A stretch of 64,000 bases of DNA from Antedon mediterranea (lineage: Eukaryota; Animalia; Echinodermata), in assembly GCF_964355755.1 (NCBI RefSeq), contig NC_092670.1, forward strand, positions 8,856,201 to 8,920,200, read 5' to 3'. The notes under the pieces are model-generated. The model did not search any database, was not told where the DNA came from, and saw only the letters and a list, made by a program, of their open reading frames with translations. This document shows positions 26,901 to 40,530 of the stretch, one piece after another. Positions within the stretch are counted from its first letter, which is position 1; every line of letters starts with the position of its first letter. Made by a program: the position numbers and the translations under genes.

Positions 26901-29900
26901 CAATGTCCTGTATGTCATGAATTTCTCACCACTCGGAAGTCCAGATGGTACGCACGCATACACTTGGGAGGAATAAACTTATTTCCCCGACTAAAAAAGG
27001 TCTACGCTTGCGTTTTTTAAGCCTCTAGGCCTGATGTTTCCAAAGTATAAAATGCAATTTTTTTAAGACCTGCAGCTCTAGTTTTAAACATTTTCTTAGC
27101 TCAGCCCCAACAATAAAGCTGGTCATATTTCAAAGTACAAGAAGTGCATTTTCCGGGACCTAACATCTCTATTTTTCAAACATTTCTTAGCTCAGTCACA
27201 ACCATGATAGGGACTTATATATTTTGTTTCATGTTTTGAAGTATAATAAGTCCAATTTCCGGGACCTCCAACTCTATTTTTCTAAATTTTCTTTGAACTT
27301 TTATTTTTTAAATTGAAAAATATGGATTGAAACAGTAATCGCGCATCGTTTTTTTGCACGCAGTATTTTATTTATGCATTATAAGAAATGGCTACCCTAA
27401 ATCTGATTAAAATGACCTCAAATGACGCCAGAACCCGTTGCTTCCGGGGGCTTCGCCCCTTGGACCCCCACCGGGGGCCCTTGGCGGCCTCCTGGCCCCA
27501 GCCTAGTGATGCTCGCTTCGCTCGCATAGCCCCCTCGTCGGGGAATGTAGCCCCCACGTCGGGAAGATCCTGGCGCCACCCCTGCTTACAAAGTCCTTTT
27601 ATTTTTGGTGTGATCCATGGTTTGTCATTTGAATGAACTTTAATTCTGCGCTTTGGAAAACAACGTTCGTATGCCAGACATAATGTTGATTCGAAAATAT
27701 TTACTTTTTCATCAAGGTCGTCGGTTTCCAGTATTTCATGCCAATCTTGTGATGTTATCCATTGACCAAATCTATTGCAAGCAGATTCGCTAAAAGGCCG
27801 GAAAGACTTAATAACATTGCGGCCCTTAATGCAGACGAATCCAGGTTTTGGTTTCCATAAAATCGAATTATGGTCACTACGACCAAAGGGTGCATGAACA
27901 ACCGGTTCTTCGTAATGTTGATAAAAGTTAGTTATAAGCAAGTCCAGAATATTACCACTGTTGTCCCTAGTTGAAGTTTTGACAACTTGTCGAAGACCAG
28001 TTGACGAGCAAAATTGTTTAACTTTCGCGCGGGCTTAGTTAAAATCACCGCTAATGAGAATCGCCGCTGACGGTGATGATGTTCTAATGCTGTCAACGGA
28101 TTCTCTTAAATAACGAAGAAGTGTTGTTTGTGTACTAACTGGTTGTCCAGGGCTGTAATAAATAATACACAAATGTAAGGATGACATGATCCGTGGCGTT
28201 TTTGGTAGCGATACTTTAATCCACATACCTTCCAGAACATCTGGAATAGGAATAGGATTGATTGTGCGAGCTTTGATAGTATCCTTAATTAGTGCAGCTA
28301 CGCCACCCCCTATACGATCACTCCGTCCACTACTAAAACAAGAGTATCCGTCGATATTAATTTTGTGTTCGTTTTCTTTATTAGTCCATGATTCACTAAA
28401 CAGGCCAATGTCAATATGTTTATCTTCCAAATACATAGAAATTTCATCAATCTTATTCATTATAGACCATGGATTTGTAAGCATAACTATTGGAAACTGA
28501 CTAGGCTTACCTTTCCGCTGTTCATCTATTACGCTATAAGTGGTGGATGCTTTTTGTAACGTTCGTAAGTTGTATAGGTTCCGCGTCCTCTTTTCGATAC
28601 CGGTAATAGGCCTACAGTTCCATGTATAACGATTAGAAGTCATTACACGTATTCGCCTTTTTGTTCCACCGCGAACTCCCCTCCGTCTCCAACGCTTACG
28701 TTGTTCAACAAATGGGAACTTGGTATGCGGCGGTGCACCTGTGTTGAGCTTGAATGCATTCCTTGCATACAAGACTTGTTTGCGTAACACTGCCTGATTG
28801 GTACGGCTAAACATTTCATACAGTAATACTGTAGCACCAAAAACACCAAACAACACCAAAAATACCCTCAAAACGACATCAAAATGAAACAGAAATGTTA
28901 AAAAACGATGAAACAAAAGTTATACACAGTACAAAAACCACATATGTACGTATATGCTGGTCGGAGAGCCGCTAAATTAGCGCTGCCGAGTCAAGTACGT
29001 CCACTCCCTTTGACGTCTTGAGTGATAATTGTCAACAATTAAAGTACCACACGATCATCCTGCATAGCATAAGTTGATGTGCACCGTCCCATTCTCAAAC
29101 CCACCGTTCACCTTTAATATAGTAGGGTTTACTATATAGAAACCCTGAATGTAATTTTATAAATGTAATTTAGTCATACACTGAATGAAAGAAAGCTATT
29201 TTACCTCGGGCTTGATAGTGCTGTACATAATGAGGAACATGATAAACGATATCACCTTTAGTCCAATCAAAAGACCAAAGTAAGAGTACCGATATTGTTC
29301 GATGTCATACATCAAACATGCGCCCTCTTCACCGCATGTTGTCTGCCAAAGCAGACAGGCCGAGTTTATTACAGCGCCAAAATATAATGGAGCAGGAAAA
29401 TAGCCTGAAAGAGAGAAAAAAAAAGCATGTTTGTATTGCATAAAAACGCTACATTGTAGATTGGTAGGGCCTAAACTTCAAAATGAGCGTAGACTGGCTT
29501 TTTGGTATGCCCTCACTATAAGAATGTTGTAGTTAACTATAGCGTGAGTGTTAATTATGTTCTGAGGTCGTGTGGTCATGCCAGGTTTTGGACTCCACAA
29601 ATTTGAAATGGATTTCAGATGATGTTTGTGCCTGCAGGATATCGATCGATGACTTTCAACAAGAGATGTTTGTCATTACCCATAACTTTTGACAAAAGCA
29701 TCTGAAAACCAATGGCCACTGAACGATCTTCGTCTGCAACAATCCTGCAAAAGATGAAGATAGCTATTTAGTATTGAGGCAACATTATATGCAACTGGCA
29801 ATGTATTGTTTGATATGCCAATTTTTAAGGACGTTGGAATGTCATCCTAACCTTACATTGGGGTAGAAAGTTCTAAACGTGAACAGAAAATAACCGAGCA

Positions 29901-32900
29901 AAGAGAGACATTTTAAATTTATATTCACTTCAACAACAAAAGGTATTTGAGGTATTGATGAAGAAATATTATTTTGTGACTATTATATTATTATTATTAT
30001 TATATTGTGATTATTTACTTAAGCTTTTAGTTTGAAGGTCTTACTCATTACTGGGGAAATGTGGAGTGATGTAATGCATACCTTAATATAATTGAAACCA
30101 ATGGGCTACCCTTCATTGCATTTAGAATGCTCAGTATTGCTGTAAAAACAGTGTATATTATCAGTGTATTACATTCAAATGAGCAAACTCCAGAAACAGC
30201 TTGTCCGTAACCGTCGTCAGAATCGCTTTCAGAGATACAAGTGCATCCAGTGTAGTTCTGATGGAATACAAATACAATACAATACATTGTAGGGTTACTT
30301 GTAGGGTAGGCCTATTTGTCTTCCATTTCAATGCAACCGAACCTTCGTCAAGATTAAAACACTTCATTCACGTCATTAACACGTCATTTAAAACATATCG
30401 GCCATAAGAGTCTTCGTCCACTTCATTCACAATCAAAATTAGTTCAAATATCATCTTCACCAACAACATCACTTTTAATATAATAATTGATGATTTGAAC
30501 TAATTTTGAATACCAACACCAAGTCAAACGTCTACGGTACCACCACTAACAATCGTATCAGCAACAAAAGAGTCAGCGCTACAGACAGTAATAAACTATC
30601 TTCAACATGCTATTGGAATCATCACCACCATCAACACTGTTGGTAACGGTTGTTACCAACACCATAATCAAATAGCACTACACAGTACCATCATCAACAT
30701 CACCATCATATTCCTCATCACGATCTTTAGCATGTAGACACTATCTTCCTCAAACTACTGTGATTGCATTCTAACATCAAATCATCTTTCTCTTTTAGTA
30801 TGTGGTCTCGGTCACGAAAAACAAAATTGAAGTTTGCTGTCTGAAGACGCGATACTGCATGCTGTTTATTGTCGGTAGACATGACACAGCTTGTGTGTTG
30901 GTTCGATATAACTTCTGCAAAATCATTCATTACTGCAAACATAGTCATCATCACTATTATCGCAAAGTAAATACTTACCGTATTTGAACTAAATGGATTG
31001 AATTCACCACTGCTTGACTTTTGAGAACATCCAGCGTGGCAACCAGAAGCATACGTTATGCCATCAGAACCACACACGGGCAGGAACATATTATCTCTGC
31101 AGGAACATCCGGTGTTACATTCAGAGTTAAGATTTGGTAGCTTAGGACCACTGGCTGATTTCATACTAGGTTTATATCTGTTAATAATATATATTTTTGA
31201 ATGTATATTGCTGTACTTCATAAACGTGAAACTGTAATCAAGCAATACATAGTGTTACAAAAAAAGAGAATTTAAAACTGTACTCACACTTCGGAGTTAT
31301 TGCCAGACATTTCTTTTTCGCCATACTTTGTAGTTAACCCAGCAAATTCCGGGTTATTACAACCTGCGAACATTAGTACTGGTAACACGCATAAGGTAAT
31401 AAAAACACAACAAAGTACAAATAGCGATGCTTTTTTCGGACCCAGTTTAAACTTGCGACAGAATATACCAGCGAACAAATTTCCAAGCATACTACATGGA
31501 GCAATAACCGAACCTACAAGAAAAAATTGAACAGTGATACACATCTTAAAAGTTTCCCTTCCTTATAGTCAAATAAATGTATAAATTAGACCACTCACCT
31601 ACAATAATCGTTGCTGTAACGGGGGTCACGCCAAATTGTGTGATGACGTACTTGATAATGAAAGCAATAAATATGCTCAAAATAGCAAGTTCTGCTGAAC
31701 CAGCCAAACAAAGTGACATCAATGTCGGATTCATTATAAGACGTTTCATTGCCTGCAAGAATACTGTGGCCATCAAGAAAAATGTGTTAGAGCATAAGGA
31801 GGTGTCTGAAATATACTAAAAACTCTATTAACATTACTATATATGCTGTCGGCATTGTCGCATGGTTTTCAAATGTTATGGCTCAACGCCAAGACATACA
31901 AAGCGTCGATTTGCTTTTATAGAACATAGCTTACGTTTGATAGTATTTATAACTCCTTTGTCTGATCTTGGATTTGATCGTATTGCTTGTATGAACGTAG
32001 TATCAACATCAGCTTCTTTTTCGTCATCAGATATCTTGAATCTTGATGGCATCCTCTTTGGAAACAAGAAGAATGGTATACTCATGATGATGGTAGCGGT
32101 ACCAATAAAGATATAGCCAAGCCACCAAGCTCCAATCCAGCGTGGATCATACTGGCTAAGGTCTGGGATGTCTTCGGCAGCAATGCGGTCAAAGTCGACG
32201 AACTTAGATAATGATAATGCACTACACAAGTAGCCAACGACGGGCCCAAATGCTATGGCTAACAGAATCAAAGCTATAAAATAAAACAAACCTTTTAAAA
32301 TGTTATATCATTCTTAATGTAAAACAATATAGAATTTATTCCAAATAAACATAGGATATTGTTGTTGACAATTTATTGTTTCAATCTATTTTATTTTATG
32401 TTATCCCATTGCTTTTAGAGTTAATTAAAAAGATAATAACGAAGGGTTATGTATTAGTGCATATCGTTTTACCTGCATAAAAAACTGTTTGATGTATCGG
32501 TAGGCTGTCGTCCAAGTATGTAAAAGAAAGTGGAATTACAAAGGAACCCCCGATGCCTTGCAACACTTGTCCAATAATCAACCCCATCGTGCTGCCAACC
32601 CCTTTATTTTCACAATCTTCCCCAATTAAAGGAATCGAAAAATTTGATGCAAATGGAAATCCTCCAGGAAAGAACGGCATCGACGAGTTCCTTCTTGAAC
32701 CTGTTCCAGGTCCTGGGTAAGCACTGCCTCTGGAAAAGGATTTAGCAGTCATGTTCAATACATCTGATGTAGAGTTAAATCCTGGTATTTTTGATGGGTC
32801 AAATCCCGCTGGTATTTTTGATGGGTCAAATCCCTCTGGTATTTTTGATGGGTCAAATCCCTCTGGTATGTTTGATGGATCAAACCCTCCTGGTATCTTT

Positions 32901-33514
32901 GATGGATCAAAACCTTCTGGTATCTTTGATGGGTCAAAACCTTCTGGTATCTTTGATGGGTCAAAACCTCCTGGTATCTTTGATGGGTCGAATCCTGGTA
33001 TTTTAGATGGATCAAACCCCTGTGGTAATTTAGACGGGTCAAAATTTCGAATGAAACAATAATCTGGAATTACAAACTCTCCACTTATTGTCGTCACATC
33101 AAAAACATCTTTTGAAAAATGAGGAAACGCACAGATAAACATTCCAATTCCAACTATTAAGATTCCTGTACCGAGCCATCGTGGCCTATGAGAGTTATGC
33201 CCTAAAAACGCTACAAATACAATAACTACAACACCGGTGATGTCATTAATGACTGTTAGCAAGCCAGATTCCGTACTTGAGATTTGGAACTCTTTTTCAA
33301 TGGTTGTTAGAATAGCTCCGGTATATGTTACAGCAGATATAATAAGTAATAGTGTAGGTAACAGTATTAAGACAAATATTTTAGGATTTGCAAAGCACTG
33401 AAGCCATGAGGGAGTAAAAGGTCCGATTCCACATTTTGGCTCTTCAATCGCGTCGATCCCTCCATTCAGTGATGCGTAGCGATTGTCTTTTTTTGGCTTT
33501 GACTCGCTTGACAT
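23919..33514 (-). CDS. SLCO: Solute carrier organic anion transporter (OATP/SLCO family), paralogue 2
   Basis: Exons 33514-32473, 32273-31935, 31763-31599, 31513-31288, 31177-30979, 30257-30082, 29744-29680, 29404-29205, 24038-23919; same intron positions/phases and motifs as paralogue 1. Confidence 0.95.
24376..29010 (-). mobile_element. Near full-length single-ORF non-LTR retrotransposon (CR1/L2-group; APE endonuclease + reverse transcriptase) in the last intron of SLCO paralogue 2
   Basis: One reading frame 28916-24605 once the 26383-27584 insertion is removed, with one in-frame TAA at 28035. APE motifs FSESW, GGGVA, SGDFN, SDH; RT motifs DFRKAFD, GVPQG, YVDD; 3' AATAAA plus (GAAT)n tail near 24380-24400. 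Confidence 0.92.
26383..27584. mobile_element. Non-autonomous hAT element inserted in the LINE ORF
   Basis: Perfect 8-bp TSD CTTACAAA (26375-26382, 27585-27592); TIR CAGTGGTGGCGCCAG / CTGGCGCCACCCCTG. Confidence 0.9.
32778..33043 (-). repeat. Coding 27-bp (occasionally 24-bp) tandem repeat, GFDPSKIP(E/G), about 10 copies
   Basis: Visible in DNA (GGTATCTTTGATGGGTCAAAACCTTCT) and in the 32447-33514 translation. Confidence 0.95.
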
Positions 33515-34349
33515 ACTTTTCTCCTTTTACTGTAAAACAAAATTACGAGATTTTTTAATCGAAGAAAAATTACGTCACAACAATTCGGAAAAGGGATGGT
33601 ACTTTCTTAAAACTTTCACTTTTAACCTGTGGAACTATTAGGCCTAATACGCACAGATTAATACACATCATCAAGTACAGTAATGAGATGGATCCATCTC
33701 ACCTAAACCTGACCTTACCGAGGGCCTGCTATTTGGCCAGGCACACCACCCCACAATAATGTATACATTTTGTATGCAAATGAGATTATAAATGAAAATT
33801 AATTAAAAATGAAATGTGTAGACAGCACTACAAACGTCTCTAAACAGTAGTAAAATTTGGATTTGCAAACAAAGATTTGGCAAAGTCATGCTAATGGTTG
33901 GTTCAGAACAAATAGAATTCTCTGGCTATACAGTATTTACCTTTACTGTCAATACCCACTTAAGAGAAATCATTCAATTGTATTTATTGACTTAAGGGAA
34001 ATACTATAGTATTTAAGGAAAATAGAAGCAGTATGTGTCTATTGAAAATTTGGTGATAAATAAATAAATTCGAAAAAAGATAGAACATACTCTCTACATA
34101 ACACATTTAGTATTTACTGTTGGTATTATGTTGGCAGTTATGGTTGAAAAATAGGAGCAAAACTCCCATGACACCGTCATTATGTATCATGCAAATGGTA
34201 ACTATGCACTGACATGAGTGTTTCTAGAAACTCCATTTTAAGAGGTTTAAAATAAAAAAAATTTAGGCTCTATATTATTAGTCCGGCGGTATAGCGAAAC
34301 TTTATTTTGAAACTAGCAATATAGGCCTAAGATCACGTATTCCTTTCAT

Positions 34350-34720
34350 GCTGATATCTAGGCAAGAAGTCATTGTATAGTTGTCAATAATCTAGCCAGA
34401 ATAAATACGTCGAATTGTAACCAATCACATTTCTTGATTTTTGTCCAAAGTATTTCTGTAAATATATAGGCAAGGGGTCATTGTATAGTTGTCAATAATC
34501 TAGTCAGATTAAATACGAATTATTATTGTGTTATAAACATTTTCAAACCATTCATATTTCTTTTTCCAAAGTATTTCTATAATGTATCTAGGCGTGGTAG
34601 GCCTATACTGTAGTTGTCAATAATCTGTCAGATTATATACGAATTATAATTGTCTTACAACACTTATTCAAACCATTCTGATTTTTTGTCAAGTAAGTAT
34701 TTCTATTTATTTATCTAGGT
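34350..34720. repeat. Degenerate ~115-bp tandem repeat, 3-4 copies
   Basis: Recurrent TAGGCAAG..GTCATTGTATAGTTGTCAATAATCTAG.CAGA...CCAAAGTATTTCT. Confidence 0.75.
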
Positions 34721-36623
34721 AAGAAGTCTTCTATTGTTAATGACTAATGCGTCTACTATAATCAGACGATGTTTATGTAGCTTTTTAGGCAAGGTGAGAG
34801 ACCTGTTCTTAGTCAATAGACCGTAGGCCTACCAATTGTTTGAACTTAAACTAACTAACAAAGATATATAGAGGAAAGTTCAACATTCATTGAATTTAAG
34901 GAATTTTTGTAATAACCATGTTGAAATTGAATTGAATAAACTGTATATAGTATACAAAATTATATAATTAAATACACCATTTACAGATTTTACATTTTAA
35001 TTTGTCTTTTTTTTCTCTTGCATGTGCAAACAACAACGTACAACTTTTATTAACTTTTGAAAATTGTTTGGACATTCTTCGTATATATCCGATGCATTGG
35101 TCCTATTTAGGACCGAATACATTATTTACAAACAAGATGCTGTTTGCTTTTCCAACAAGACAGTAGGCCCTACTATCGTGATCCGTGAAAGAAGTATAGG
35201 AAGTTAAAACCATTACAAAAAATCATAACGAACACCTTATAGTCTGCTACTATGACTCCATCATTATGACGTAGAATAGGATCCCGTATGTACAATATAA
35301 TATGTATGGCAATCGGTACATATAAATTAAGATGTTTAGTCAATTATGATGTAAGACAGATTACGGTGGTACATTCATTATAATGCTTTCAAATGCCACT
35401 GTTTCAATGATGAAATTAACTATAAAAAGTATATAGGCCTACAACTTTTTTTGACCAAATGCATATAGGATCAAGCGTCAACAACTTCAACTTTGAATGA
35501 ATCAATCAAGTCAGCAGAGGTGATCCATTATAATATTTTATTACGGAAGTATTTGTTCATTTTGGAATTTTGTCTGGTTTTTAAGTTTGCAGGTTTGTTC
35601 CAAAGATTATAAATGTTCTCTTCTTGGCATTTAATGTAAGGGCCTGTTTTTCAATTTAGTTGTAATTGAACAATTTTGGAAACCAGTATTGTGTTACTAA
35701 AAAAGCAACAGAGTCAAAAGAAAGTTCATAATAGGTAAAGAGCCATGGGGATTATTATTTGTTATCAACTGAGCTTTCTATGTGTGATTATAGAATAGGA
35801 ATTATAGCCTAAGCAGTGGCCATTGTTCACTAATACCTAACATCGTTTCAGCAGACGTCTTACTGTATTATATTTGAGATGAGGACATACTACGGAAATT
35901 ATAATAGCGAGACTTAGGCCTATAATTGAATGTTCTGTTAATACATTTCACTATAATACTGTAACACTCTGACCACCAGGTCCACAGACATTTAACTCTT
36001 TCTCATTTACTCCAGCTACAGGTAGTATTAACATTACTACTGGTGGTTCTTCTTGTCCATATTCAAGTAACGTACCGTACAACATAAACACACCAAATTC
36101 CCACGTTACAATACCGGTACTAATCTATTCACTTGAAAGTTAAAATATACGATATTTCTTTAAATTGCAAAGTACAAATGGTTTATTGTGTTGGATTTAA
36201 AATCGTTATAATTTTAATGGGTTTCCGATGATCGGATTGTGTCTTTCAAGAGACAAGGGTGACGTCATCGTGAACTGTTATAATTAAATTATAAATTCAA
36301 AAGTCTGTGCTTAAAGTTCGGCAAATACATAATTCAGACAGACAGTTTAAAAAAACGTGTTTCAAAATGTAATAGCATTAAATTGATATTTTGTTAATAC
36401 CAATTTATAACACCAAAACAAACACTGCAAACAATACTATAATATAAGATTGAATTAATTAAGTTAATGAGCTAATAGTTAATGAGCTTTGGACAAAACA
36501 TCTGTGTTGGAAAATCTGCACTGTCACAAAACAAACTACTATATGCAAAAACTAAACTATGATTTAGTACAGAACACCTCACACTAAATTAAAGTAATTA
36601 AGTCAAGAAGTATGCAAAATGTG

Positions 36624-36875
36624 ACTTACTGTTAACTTGAAAAATGATAAATATCACCAAAATGAAGTTCTCTTGGTCGGGTAAAGAATGTTTTATGTCT
36701 GTTTCCTTCAGTATTCACCACCAAAGTGTACAGATTGATTGAACTGAGAGGATTACCGTTAGAAGAGTGGATGCTCCGGCGTGTTTAACGAAACAATGAT
36801 ATTACATAAAAGGAGTAATATATAAATTCACTCAAGCATGCAGCAAGGTTCAATGCGGATGACACGCTTCAATAT
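36624..36875 (-). promoter_or_regulatory. Putative promoter and non-coding exon 1 of SLCO paralogue 2
   Basis: Donor GTAAGT at 36629-36624, TATA-like 36818-36825, blocks shared with 21831-22030. Confidence 0.6.
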
Positions 36876-38804
36876 TATGCTTGTTAATTCAAAATCACTA
36901 ACTCTAACATCATTTTAGTTAACTTTAGAAAAAAAAGAATTTATAAAGCAGAAACTTCTTAAGACTTTCGTGTCGTAGTTCGAATTAATGAGCTTTCGCA
37001 TCAGAACGGAAAGGAAGTTATAAGTTATACAAAAGTTTATTCTGCGCATGCGTATTAGCCAAGTATACGCCGTTCCGTTCATAATTGCGACTGTGGTCGA
37101 TTAACAACCAGACGGAGCAAGTTATGACGTCATTTTGAAACTGCTCCACAACAAAACAAATGGCCACTCAGCAGTATAGCGCGCCAAGCTGTCATTTATT
37201 CAAGCAATAGAGATATCTTAGTTTTTAATAGAGATATCTTATTTTAAATACAGATATCTTAGTTTTAAATAGAGATATCTTAGTTGAAAATAGAGATATC
37301 TCTATTAATAGAGATATCTCTATTAATAGAGATATCTCTATTAATAGAGATATCTCTATTTGAAACTAAGATATCTCTATTAAAAACTAAGATGTCTCTA
37401 TTAAGATATCTCTATTAATACAGATATCTTAGTTTTGTTTCCTGTTGCAAAGTATGAAGGGAAGGGTATAGTTGTGAACGTGGTGGGAAGTGTACCCATT
37501 TAGAATGGAAGATTGGGATTAGGGGCATCCCAAGGTGTTTATAGTTGTTGGTTTCTAGGTTAGACAGGTATAAGCTACACTGCTACAACTAGTATTATTA
37601 GTATATTATGAAATGGAAAAATATTATAATAAAATTGTTGCAGAGAGAGCCGATTGTACTGTATTAATTTTGTGGAGTTTCGAGCTGTAATAATAAACTT
37701 TTCATGCATTTGAAACATGCATAATTAAAAGGCAGATCCCGGGGCCGGGCATATCCAAAGGAGGTGGGTTCTTATATCGAGCCTTTCAAAGGTTGAAACA
37801 ACTAGTAAACAGAAGTGAAAAGGGACACGCATCGACATCACAAACGGACAAATTATTTACTTGTGTATACCACGCATTCTGAGTTTTGTGTTCTCTCAAA
37901 CTAGTCTTGTTTCCCCTTTCCAATTTAGTAGTATAATAAAAATGTACAAAATAAAGACGGCCCAAAAGGACGATAATCGGTTTCATTGCAATGAGTATCG
38001 ACATGTTCACGTTTAAATTTATTTGTCGTATTACAAACTTTGAGATAACAATTATCATCATCTACATCTTCTACTCCTCCCCACTGACTGACTGATTAAC
38101 ACATGTCTTATAAACAATTTTCTATGACCGAAATAAAATTTCTAGAACAGAGGCACTTCAAATTTGTTTTACCATAAAATAAGATCGGTTATCCGCCAAG
38201 CTATTTCACGAAAACGTATTCAAAATTATACATAGAAACTGCTGTCATCCATAATTAAATAGTGATCAAACTGTACCATGGTTTTTTTCTCTCTTTTTTC
38301 GGTTAGAATGCATGGAAACGTGTTTATGTGCTCATTATAATATGTGCTCATTATAAGCCTCATCATTTTTTTTCTCAAACATCCTGTTTCTGCCTCTGTT
38401 CCCTTTTGTTTCATTATAGCCTCTTATATTACAACTGGGACGATGATAAGATATTGTTACAATATGGCAATATGACCATACCTCAGTCACAGATGGAAAA
38501 TCGTATTACCCATAAAACACTGAAGCGGAAACAAAACTAAGATATCTCTATTAATAGAGATATCTTTATTAATAGAGATATCTTAGTTTAAATAGAGATA
38601 TTAGTTTTAAATAGAGATATCTCTATTAACAGAAATATCTCTATTTAAAACTAAAATATCTCTATTAAAAACTAAGCTATCTCTATTTAAAACTAAGATA
38701 TCTTAGTTTTAAATAGAGATATCTCTATTAATAGAGATATCTTAGTTTTAAACTAAGATATCTTTACATTGAATAAATTCATCTGGTTCCAAATAATATT
38801 TTTT

Positions 38805-39670
38805 TTTTTGTGGATTTTTACTTTTATGTTGAACCAAAACGAACGAAAAGGAATAAAATTACCTTCGTGACGTTTCGCCGACAATCTGTCAGCTGCTTCA
38901 GACTAATGCCTGGGTTGGAATGGTCTGGTTTTTTGTAAGTGACGCTGAACAGCGCCACCAGCCGTCTGGTTGGTATTGACGATAGAGCTTTCTTCATTCC
39001 AAGTAATAAATTAAAGAATGGAGTGGTCCACCCAAAAGATAGAATAAAAACGGAAGACATGTGCGGGGTTATATACGAAGTGAACTGTCTAAACTGTGAG
39101 AAAGTATATATAGGAGAGACCGGAAGGGCACTGAATACAAGAATTGGGGAACATAAAAAAGACGTATCAACACACAACCAAGTAGTTAGAACACGTGCAA
39201 ATAGAAATTCTTCGTCCCAGGTTTTACATAAGTCAGCCATAACTGACCACGCTATAGGGAATGACCATATTCCAAATTGGAATGCGAGAGTTATTGAAAA
39301 AGAAGCACAGACAGACAAAAGAAAGATAAAAGAATCTATCTGCATAAGAAAAAGACCACATAATATCAACAGAGACATTGGTGGGTATGACCTCCCACAT
39401 ACATATGATAGTTTGCTGAAAAAAGTTGAAGCAGGAGGCGGGCCAGCGGAGACGCTCTATCGTCAATACCAACCAGACGGCTGGTGGCGCTGTTCAGCGT
39501 CACTTACAAAAAACCAGACCATTCCAACCCAGGCATTAGTCTGAACATGGAGGTATTTTTATACCTCCATGGTCTGAAGCAGCTGACAGATTGTCGGCGA
39601 AACGTCACGAAGGTAATTTTATTCCTTTTCGTTCGTTTTGGTTCAACATAAAAGTAAAAATCCACAAAAA
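38805..39670 (+). mobile_element. Penelope-like retroelement 3' fragment (GIY-YIG endonuclease) with inverted pLTR copy
   Basis: GVIYEVNCLNCEKVYIGETGR...RIGEH...SAITDH...NINRDIG; 184-bp inverted repeats 38805-38988 and 39454-39670 (latter with 33-bp insertion). Confidence 0.9.
39572..39610 (+). ncRNA. Minimal hammerhead ribozyme-like motif in Penelope pLTR (mirror copy at ~38865-38903 on -)
   Basis: CTGAAGC-A, stem II GCTGACA/TGTCGGC, GAAAC-GTC; the A9 core position deviates and stem I is short. Confidence 0.55.
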
Positions 39671-39849
39671 TAAGATATCTTTATTTCCGAATAAATTACA
39701 GCTTGGCGCGCCATACCTAAGTTTTGAATTTTTAAAGTTAAATAACTCATTTGTTTATGATTGCAACTAAGATTGCAATTCAAAGACGTACGCGCAATGC
39801 AAGCAATTTGACCAATCACAAGCGACCAATCTGATGTTGCGTCACTTGA

Positions 39850-40530
<681 letters not shown>

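Larger units (their letters stand above)
37174..39716. mobile_element. Non-autonomous TIR element with AGAGATATCT subterminal arrays (hosts the Penelope fragment)
   Basis: TIR GTATAGCGCGCCAAGCTGTCATTTATTC / GAATAAATTACAGCTTGGCGCGCCATAC; GATATC-palindrome arrays at 37207-37432 and 38535-38765. Confidence 0.75.

Noticed and set aside
29123-29147. AGGGTTTACTATATAGAAACCCTG as a third P-type footprint
   Set aside because: Palindrome imperfect and no convincing TSD.
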